This document shows, one piece after another, positions 54,601 to 64,000 of a stretch of 64,000 nt of DNA. The stretch's first letter is position 1. Each line of letters opens with the position of its first letter. Below the pieces are notes generated by a model that ran no database searches, was not told the DNA's origin, and was given only the letters and a program-made list of their open reading frames with translations. Source of the stretch: the human T2T-CHM13v2.0 reference genome, Homo sapiens. The position numbers were made by a program, and so were the translations under genes. Location of the stretch: NCBI RefSeq assembly GCF_009914755.1, contig NC_060933.1; one strand, given 5' to 3'.

Positions 54601-57600
54601 TGGAAAGGAATGGAATCAACCCGAGTGCAGGGGAATGGAAAGCAATGGAGTGCAATGGAATGGAATCATCCGGAATGGAATGGAATGGAATGGAATGCAA
54701 AGCAATGCAATCAACTCTATTGCAATGGAATGGAATGGAATGGAAAGGAATAGAATGGAATCAACTCGAGTGGAATGGAATGGAAAGGACTCAAATGGAG
54801 TGGAATGGAATGGAATGGAATGGAAAGGAATCAACTCGATTGGAATGCAATGGAATGGAATGGAATGGAATGGAATGGAATTAACCCGAATAGAATGGAA
54901 TGGAATGGAATGGAACGCAACGGAACGGAACGGAATGGAATGGAATGGAATGTAATGGAATGGAATCAACCCGACTGCAGGGGAATGGAATGGAATGGAA
55001 TTCAATGGAATGGAATCATCCGGAACGGAATGGAATGGAATGGAATGGAATCAACTCGATTGCAATGGAATGGAATAGAATGGAATGGAATGGAATGGAA
55101 TGGAATTAACCCGAATAGAATGGAATGGAATGGAATGGAAAGGAATGGAAGGGAATGGAATGGAATGGAATCAACCCGAGTGCAGGGGATTGGAATGGAA
55201 TGGAATGCAATGGAATGGAAACATCCGGAATGGAATGGAATGGAATGGAATGCAATCAACCCGATGCAATGGAATGGAGTGGAATGGAATGGAATGGAAT
55301 GGAATGGAAACATCCCGAATGGAATGGAATGTAATGGAGTGTAAGGGAATTGAATAGAATCAATCCGAATGTAATGGAATGGAATGGAATGAAATGGAAT
55401 AGAATGGAATGGAATGGAATCAACCCGAGTGCAATGGAATGGATTCGAATGGAATGGAATGGAATGGAATGGATTCAAGAAGAATGGAATGGAAAGAAAT
55501 GGAATCAACCCGAGTGTAATGGCATGGAATGGATTGGAATGGAATGGGATGGAATGGAATGGTACGGAATAGAATGGAATGGAATGAAATGGAATGGAAT
55601 GGAATGGAATGAAATGGAGTGGAATTGAATGGAATGAACCCGTGTGCAATGGAATGGAATGCAATGGAATGGAATGGATTCCACTCGAATGGAATCAACT
55701 CGATTGCAATGGAATGAAATGGAATGGAAAGGAATAGAATGGAATTAACCCGAGTGGAATTGAATGGAAAAGACTGGAATGGAGTGGAATGGAATGGAAT
55801 GGAACGGAATGGAACGGAATGGAATGGAATGGAATGCAATGGAATGGAATCTTCCGGAATGGAATGGAATGGAATGGAATGGAATGGAATGGAATGGATT
55901 CAACTCGATTGCAATGGAATGGAATAGAATGGAATGGAATGGAATGGAATGGAATTAACCCGAATAGAATGGAATGGAATGGAACGGAACGGAACGGAAC
56001 GGAATGGAATGGAAAGGAATGGAATGGAATGGAATGGAATGGAATGGAATTGTATGGAATGGAATGGAATGGTACGGAATAGAATGGAATGGAAAGAATT
56101 GGAATGGAATGGAATGGAATGGAATGGAATGGAATGGAATGGAATCAACCCGAGTGCAGGGGAATGTAATGGAACGGAATGCAATGGAATGGAATCATCC
56201 GGAATGGAATGGAATGGAATGGAATGGAATGGAGTGGAATGGAATGGAATCAACCTGAGTGCAATGGAATGGAGTGGAATGGAATGGAATGGAATGGAAC
56301 AACCCGAATAGAATGGAATGTAACGGAGAGTAAGGGAGTTGAATAGAATCAATCCGAATGCAATGGAATGGAATGGAACGGAATGGAATGGAATGGAATT
56401 GAATGGAATGCAATGGAATGGAATCAACGCGAGTACAATGGAATGGAATGGAATGGAATGGAATGGAATGGAATGGAATGGAATCAACCCGAGTGGAAAG
56501 GAATGGATAGGACTGGAATGGAGTGGAATGGAATGGAATGGAATGGAATGGAATCAACCCGAGTGCAATGGAATGGAGAGGAATGGAATGGAATGGAATG
56601 GAAACTACCCGAATCGAATGGAATGTAATGGAGTGTAAGGGAATTGAATAGAATCAATCCGAATGTAATGGAATGGAATGGAACGGAATGGAATGGAATG
56701 CAATGGAATGGAATGCAATGGAATGCAATGGAATGGAAAGGAATTGAATGGAGTGGAATGACTTCAAACCGAATGGAATGGAAAGGAATGGAATCAACAA
56801 GAGTGGAATGGAATGGAATGCAATGGAATGGAATGGAATGGAATCAACCCGAGTGTAATGGAATGGAATCGAATGGAATGGAAAAGAATAGAATGGATTC
56901 AACCCCAATGGAATGGAAAGGAATGGAATCAACCCGAGTGGAATGGCATGGTATGGAATGGAAAGGAATGGAATGGAATGGTACAGAACGGAATGGATTG
57001 GAACGAAATGGAATGGAATGGAATGGAATGGAATGGAATGGAATGGAATCAACTCCATTGCAAAAGAATGGAAAGGAATGGAATGGAATAGAATGGAATG
57101 GAATTAACACGAATAGATTGGAATGGAATGGAATGGAATCAACCTGAGTACAGGGGAATGTAATGGAATGGAATGCAATGGAATGGAATCATCCGTAATG
57201 GAATGGAAAGGAATGGAATGGAATGGAATGGAATGGAATGGAATGGAATGAAATGGAATGGAATGGAATCAACTCGATTGCAATGGAATGGAATGGAATT
57301 AACCCGAATAGAATGGAATGGAATGGAATGGAACGGAATGGAATGGAATGGAATGGAATGGAATGGAATGCAATGGAATGGAATCAACCAGAGTACAATG
57401 GAATGCAATGGTATGGAATGGAATGGAAAGGAATGGAATGGAATTGAATGGAATGGAATGCCTTCAAACCGAAAGGAATGGAAAGGAATGGAATCAACAC
57501 GAGTGGAATGGAATAGAATGGAATGAAATGGAATGGAATGGTACGGAAAAGAATGGAATGGAACGAAATGGAATGGAATGGAATGGAATGGAATCGAATG

Positions 57601-59416
57601 GAATCGAATGGAATCGTTCCGAGTGGAATAGGAGGGAATGTATTCGAGTGGAATGGAAAGGAATGGAATCAACCAGAGTGGAATGGCAGGGAATGGAATG
57701 GAATGGAAACTAATAGAATGGAATCAACCCGAGTGGAATGGAATGGAACGCACTGGAATGGAATGGAATGCAATGGAATGGAATGGAATGGAATGGAATC
57801 AACTCGATTGTAATGGAATGGAATGGAATGGAAAGGAATGGAATGGAACGGAATGGAGTGGAATGGAATGGAATCAACCCGAGTGCAGGGGAATGGAATG
57901 GAATGGAATGCAATGGAATGGAATCATCCGGAATGGAATGGAATGGAATGGAATGCTATGGAATGGAATCAATCAACCCGAGTGCAGTAGAATGCAGTGG
58001 AATGGAATGGAATGCAATGGAAACTACCCGAATGGAATGGAATGTAATGGAGTGTAAGGTAATTAAAAAGAATCAATCTGAATGTAATGGAATGGAATGG
58101 AACGGAATGGAATGGAATGAAATGGAATGGAATGGAATGGAATGGAATGGAATCAACCCGAGTGCAATGGAATGGAATTGAATGGAATGGAATGGAATGG
58201 AATGGATTCAACCCGAATGGAATGGAAAGGAATGGAATAAAGCCGAATGGAATGACATGGAATGGAATGGAATGGAATGGAATGGAATGGAATGGAATGG
58301 AATGGTACGGAATAGAATGGAATGGAACGAAATGGAATGGAATGGAATGGAATGGAATGGAATGGAATGCAATGGAATGGAATGAACACGTGTGCAATGG
58401 AATGGAATCGAATGGAATGGAATGGAATGGAATGGGTTGGACTCGAATGGAATGGAAAGGAATGGAATCAACCCGAGTAGAATGGCATGGAAAGGAATGG
58501 ATTGGAATGGAATGGAATGGAATGGAATGAAATGGAATGGAATGGAATGGATTCAACCTGAATGGAATGGAAAGGAATGCAATAAACCCGAGTGGAATGC
58601 CATGGAATGGAGTGGAATGCAACGGATTGGAATGGAATGGTACGGAATAGAATGGAATGGAAAGAAAAGGAAAGGAATGGAATGGAATGGAATGGAAAGG
58701 AGTGGAATGGAATGGAATGAACCCGTGTGCAAAGGAATGGAATGGAATGGAATGGAATGGAATGGAATGGAATGGAATGGATTCAACTCGAAAGGAATGG
58801 AAAGGAATGGAATCAACCCGACTGGAATGGCATGGAATGGAGTGGAATGGAATGGAATGGAATGGAATGGAATGGTACGGAATAGAATGGAATGGAACGA
58901 TATGGAATGGAATGGAATGGAATGGAATTGAATGGAATGGAATCATTCCGAGTGGAATAGAAAGGAATGTATTCGAGTGGAATCGAAAGGAATGGAATGA
59001 ACCAGAGTGGAATGGAAGGGAAAGGAATGGAATGAAAAAGAATAGAATGGAATCAACCCAAGTGGAAAGGAATGGAAAGGAATGGAACGGAATGGATTTG
59101 AATGGAATGGAATGGAATGGAATCAACTCGATTGCAATGGAATGGAAAGGAATGGAATGGAATGGAATGGAATGGAATTAAACCGAATAGAATGGAATGG
59201 AATGGAATGGAACAGAATGAAATGGAATTGAATGGAATGGAATCAACCCGAGTGCAGGGGATTGGAATGGAATGGAATGGAATGGAACGGAATGGAATGG
59301 AATGGAATGGAATCAACTCGATTGTAATGTAAAGGAATGGAATGGAACGGAATGGAATGGAATGGAATGGAATGAAATGGAATGGCATGGAATGGAATGG
59401 AATCAACGCGAGTGCA
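45655..59416 (+). repeat. Near-identical duplication of a ~6.6-kb block at a ~7.15-kb offset (copy 1 ~45655-52251, ~0.56-kb spacer, copy 2 ~52815-59416)
   Basis: Dozens of ORF translations are identical at offset 7150 (e.g. 47026/54176, 48750/55900, 49989/57139, 50588/57738). Offset is 7160 at the start and 7165 at the end. The copies diverge right after CAACGCGAGTGCA (52251/59416). Confidence 0.97.
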
Positions 59417-60711
59417 GTGGTATAGAAAGGAATGCAATGGAATGGAATGGAATGGAATGGAATGGAATGGATTCAACCCGAATGGAATGGAAAGAAATGG
59501 AATCAAACCGAGTGGAATGGCATGGAATGGAATGGAATGGAATGGTATGGAATAGAATGGAATGGAACGAAATGGAATGGAATGGAATGGAATGGAATGG
59601 AATGGAATGGAATGGAATGGAATTAAATGGAATGGAATGGAACGCAATGGAATGGAATGAAATGGAATGGAATGGAATCGAATGGAATGGAATGGAATGG
59701 AATCAACCCGAGTGCAATGGTATGGAAAGGAATGGAATGGAATGGAAGGGAATGGAATGGAATGGATTCAACCCGAATGGAATGGAAAGGAATGGAATCA
59801 AACCGAGTGGAATGGCATGGAATGGAATGGAATGGAATGGAATGGAATGGAATGGAATGGAATGGAAAGGAATGGTATGGAATAGAATGGAATGGAACGA
59901 AATGGAATGGAATGGAATGGAATGGAATGAAATGTAATGGAATGGAACGGAATGAACCCGTGTGCAATGTAATGGAATGGAATGGAATGGAATTGAATGG
60001 AATGGAATGGAATGGATTCAACTCGAATGGAATGGAAAGAATGGAATCAACCCGAGCAGAATGGCATGGCATGGAATGGAATGGAACGGAATGGAGTGGA
60101 ATGGAATGGAATGGTACGGAATAGAATGGAATGGAACGATATGGAATGGAATGGAATAGAATGGAATGGAATGGAAAGGAATGGAATCATTCCGACTGGA
60201 ATAGAAGGGAATGTATTCGAGTGCAATGGAAAGGAAAGGAATCAACCAGAGTGGAATGTAAGGGAAAGGAATGGAATGGAATGGAATGGAATGGAATGGT
60301 ATGGAATGGAATCAACTCGATTGCAATCGAATGGAATGGAATGGAATGGAATTCAATGGGATGGAATGGAATGGAATGGAATCAATCCGAATGCAATGGA
60401 ATGGAGTGGAATGGAATGGAATGGAATGGAACAACCCGAATGGAATGGAATGTAATGGAGAGTAAGGGAGTTGAATAGAATCAATCCGAATGTAATGGAA
60501 TGCAAAGGAATGGAATGGAAAGGAATGGAATGGAATGCAATGGAATGGAATCAACCCGACTACAATGGAAAAGAATGGAATGGAATGGAATGGAATGGAA
60601 TGGAATTAACCCGAATAGAATGGAATGGAATGGAATGGAATGGAATGGAATGGAATGGAATGGAATGAACCCGTGTGCAATGGAATGGAATGGAGTGGAA
60701 TGGAATGGATT

Positions 60712-60738
60712 CAACTCGAATGGAATCCATTCGAGTTG
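60712..60738. other. Perfect 13-bp inverted repeat with a 1-nt centre: CAACTCGAATGGA-A-TCCATTCGAGTTG
   Basis: 60726-60738 is the exact reverse complement of 60712-60724. Confidence 0.95.
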
Positions 60739-62715
60739 CAATGGAATGGAAACGATTGCAATGGAATGGAATGGAATGGAAAGGAATAGAATGGAATCAA
60801 CCCGAGTGGAATGGAATGGAAAGGACTGGAATGGAGTGGAATGGAATGGAATGGAATGGAATCAAAACGATTGGAATGGAATGGAATCGAATGGAATGGA
60901 ATGGAATGGAATCAACTCAATTACAATGAAATATAATGGAATGGAATGGAATTACCCGAATAGAATGCAATAGAATGGAATAGAACGGAATGTAAAGGAA
61001 TGGAATGGAATGGAATCAAGCCGAGTGCAGGGGAATGGAATGGAATGGAATGCAATGGAATGGAATAATTCGGAATGTAATGGAATGGAATGGAATGGAA
61101 TGGAATGGAATCAACTCGATTTCAATGGAATGGAATGGAATAGAATGGAATGGAATTAACACGAATAGAATGGAAAGGAATGGAATGCAACGGAAAGGAA
61201 TGCAATGGAACGGAATGGAATCAACCCAAGTGCAGGGGAATGGAATGGAATGGAATTCAATGGAATGGAAACATCCGGAATGGAATGGAATGGAATGGAA
61301 TGGAATGGAATGGAATGGAATGGAATCAACCCGAGTGCAATGGAATGGAGAGGAATGGAATGGAATGGAATGGAAACTACCCGAATGGAATGGAATGTAA
61401 TGGAGTGTAAGGGAATTGAATAGAATCAATCCAAATGTAATGGAATGGAATGGAACGGAATGGAATGGAATTGAATGGAATGGAATGCAATGGAATGGAA
61501 TCAACCCGAGTGCAATCGAATGGAATCGAATGGAATGGAATGTAATGGAATGGATTCAACTTGAATGGAATGGAGAGAATGGAATCAACACGATTGGAAT
61601 GGCATGGATTGGAATGGAATGGAATGAAATCAACCCGAGTACAGGGGAATGCAATGGAATGGAATGCAATGGAATGGAATCATCCGTAATGGAATGGAAA
61701 GGAATGGAATGGAATGGAATGGAATGGAATGGAATCAACTCGATTGCAATCGAATGGAATGGAATGGAATTAACCCGAATAGAATGGAATGGAATGGAAT
61801 GGAATGGAACGGAACGGAATGGAATGGAATGGAATGGAATGGAATGGAATGGAACGGAACGGAATGGAAAGGAATGGAATGGAATGGAATGGAATCAACG
61901 CGAGTACAGGGGAATGGAATGGAATGGAATGCATTGCAATGGAATCATCCGGAATGGAACGGAATGGAATGGAATGGAATGGAATCAACTCGATTTCAAT
62001 GGAATGGAATGGAATAGAATGCAATGGAATTAACACGAATAGAATGGAATGGAATGGAATGGAATGGAAAAGAAAGGAATGGAATGGAATGGAATGGAAT
62101 CAACCCAAGTGCAGGGGAATGGAATGGAATGGAATTCCATGGAATGGATTCATCCGGAATGGAATGGAATGGAATGGAATGGAATGGAATGGAATGGAAT
62201 GGAATGGAATCAACCCGAGTGCAATGGAATGGAGAGGAATGGAATGGAATGGAATGGAAACTACCCGGATGGAATGGAATATAATGGAGTGTAAGGGAAT
62301 TGAATAGAATGAATCCGAATGGACTGGAATGGAATGGAATGGAACGGAACGGAATGGAATTGAATGGAATGGAATGGAACGGAACGGAACGGAATGGAAT
62401 GGAATGGAATGGAATGGAATGGAATCAACGTGAGTGCAGGGGAATGGAATGGAATGGAATGCAATGGAATGGAATCTGCCGGCATGGAATGGAATGGAAT
62501 GGAATACAATGGAATGGAATGGAATGGAATGGAATCAACGCGAGTACAGGGGAATGGAATGGAATGGAATGGAATGAAATGGAATGGAATCATCCGTAAT
62601 GGAATGGAAAGGAATGGAATGCAATGGAATGGAATGGAATGGAATAGAATGGAATCAAGTCGATTGCAATCGAATGGAATGGAATGGAATTAACCCGAAT
62701 AGAATGGAATGGAAT

Positions 62716-62760
62716 GGAACGGAACGGAACGGAACGGAACGGAACGGAACGGAACGGAAC
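62716..62760 (+). repeat. (GGAAC)9 variant-pentamer tract; paralogous (GGAAC)7 tracts at 41119-41153 and 44930-44964
   Basis: Direct count from the sequence. Confidence 0.9.
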
Positions 62761-64000
62761 GGAATGGAATGGAACGGAGCGGAATGGAATGAAATGGAAT
62801 GGAATGGAATGGAATCAACGCTAGTGCAGGGGAATGGAATGGAATGGAATGGAATGGAATGGAATCTTCTGGAATGGAATGGAATGGAATGGAACGGAAT
62901 GGAATGGAATGGAATGGAATTAACCCGAATAGAATGGAATGGAATGGTATGGAACGGAAAGGAACGGAACGGAATGGAATGGAATGGAATGGAATGGAAT
63001 GGAATTGTATGGAATGGAATGGAATGGTATGGAATAGAATGGAATGGAAAGAATTGGAATGGAATGGAATGGAATGGAATGGAATGGAATGGAATCAACC
63101 CGAGTGCAGGTGAATAAAATGGAACGGAATGCAATCGAATGGAATCATACGGAATGGAATGGAATTCAATGGAATGGAATGGAATGGAATGGAATCAACC
63201 CGAGTGCAATGGAATGGAGTGGAATGGAATGGAATGGAATGGAACAACCCGAATGGAATGGAATGTAATGGAGAGTAAGGGAGTTGAATAGAATCAATCC
63301 GAATGTAATGGAATGGAATGGAACGGAATGGAATGGAATGGAATGGAATGGAATGCAATGGAAAGGAATCAACCCGAGTACAATGGAATGGAATGGAATG
63401 GAATGGAATGGAATGGAATCAACCCGAGTGCAATGGAATAGAGAGGAATGGAATGGAATGGAATGGAAACTACCCGAATGGAATGGAATGTAACGAAGTG
63501 TAAGGGAAGTGAATAGAATCAATCCGAATGGAATGGAATGGAATGGAACGAAATGTAATGTAATGGAATGGAATGGAATCAACCCGAGTGCAGGGGAATG
63601 GAATGGAATGGAATGCAATGGAATGGAATCATCCGGAATGGAATGGAATGGAATGGAATGGAATCAACCTGAGTGCAATGGAATGGAGTGAAAGGGAATG
63701 GAATGGAATGGAAACAACCAGAATGGATTGGAATATAATGGAGTGTAAGGGAATTGAATAGAATCAATCTAAATGTAATGAAATGGAATGGAACGGAATG
63801 GAATGGAATGGAATGGAATGGAATGCAATGGAATGGAATCAACCCGAATGCAATCGAATGCAATCGAATGGAATGGAATGCAATGGAATGGATTCAACTT
63901 GAATGGAATGGAAAGAATGGAATCAACACGAGTGGAATGGCATGGATTGGAATGGAATGGAATGGAATCAACCCGAGTAAAGGGGAATGGAATGGAATGG

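Larger units (their letters stand above)
60600..63660 (+). repeat. Third, shorter and more diverged copy of the 3.8-kb unit (single ~0.9-kb subunit instead of two)
   Basis: Markers TCAAAACGATT (~60862), TTACCCGAATAG (~60952), TCAAGCCG (~61016), TAATTCGG, TACCCGGATGG, GAATGAATCCG and TAACGAAGTGTAAGG (~63491, cf. ~41859) appear in the same order as at 38.1-42.0 kb. Confidence 0.9.
1..64000 (+). repeat. Satellite III (HSat3) array, (GGAAT)n/(ATTCC)n with interspersed CAACCCGAGT-family decamers; pericentromeric/heterochromatic satellite of human or a closely related ape
   Basis: Seen: GGAAT pentamers from base 1 to 64000, all in one orientation, with hundreds of CAACCCGAGT / CAACTCGATT / TAACCCGAAT / CAACGCGAGT words. 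Established: (ATTCC)n interspersed with A(C/T)TCGGGTTG defines Satellite 3. The tightly repeated CATTCGATTC-type unit of HSat2 is not the dominant pattern. Subfamily and chromosome not determined. Confidence 0.97.

Noticed and set aside
1-64000. Hundreds of ORFs of 60-385 aa (MEWNG-type on +, IPFHS-type on -; longest 57969..59126 and 546..1697)
   Set aside because: (GGAAT)n has no stop codon in any of the six frames, so overlapping low-complexity ORFs arise automatically. They have no domain structure or frame preference.
1-64000. CRISPR-like pattern of recurring words separated by spacers
   Set aside because: The spacers are just GGAAT runs of variable length rather than unique sequences. 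There is no leader and there are no cas genes.
1-64000. Alu/L1/LTR insertion, alpha satellite, CENP-B box, telomeric TTAGGG tracts, rRNA/tRNA
   Set aside because: There is no non-satellite stretch longer than a few tens of bases, no poly-A tail or target-site duplication, and no such motifs were seen.
1-64000. Large strand inversion within the array
   Set aside because: Orientation is GGAAT on + throughout. The opposite-strand patches I saw are at most 13 bp.
1-64000. Assignment to a specific chromosome or HSat3 subfamily (e.g. 9q12, DYZ1, D15Z1)
   Set aside because: This needs subfamily-specific k-mer matching or alignment to a T2T assembly. No regular 3.6-kb or strict 1.8-kb period is visible here.
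1-64000. Annotating the window as a SatIII lncRNA gene
   Set aside because: Transcription of HSat3 is established for the family, but nothing in this sequence defines a start, an end or expression of this particular segment.

Overview
The whole 64-kb window is one uninterrupted array of primate (human-type) classical Satellite III (HSat3). It consists of (GGAAT)n pentamers on the + strand, interspersed with the diagnostic decamer CAACCCGAGT and a small set of related variant words. I found no genes, transposon insertions, large inversions or CRISPR arrays. All listed ORFs are translation artefacts of a pentamer that has no stop codon in any frame (MEWNG / IPFHS). Beneath the apparent monotony there is real structure: (i) a fixed word order that forms a short ~865-bp loop and a long ~1.7-kb loop; (ii) nested tandem duplications of 60 bp, 524 bp, 863 bp, ~3.8 kb, ~4.2 kb and ~7.15 kb; (iii) a rare variant block at both ends of the window, 63,542 bp apart; (iv) about 25 perfect three-unit heat-shock elements created by one variant word, unevenly distributed; (v) a 175-bp paired module with a conserved length; (vi) two hairpin-associated mutation scars, including a perfect 13-bp inverted repeat that looks like a template-switch event. 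I see no evidence for a new protein-coding system. The most interesting signals are regulatory and mutational features of the satellite itself. Block boundaries and motif counts were read by eye and are approximate (about +/-50 bp unless stated as exact). Chromosome and subfamily cannot be assigned without a search.
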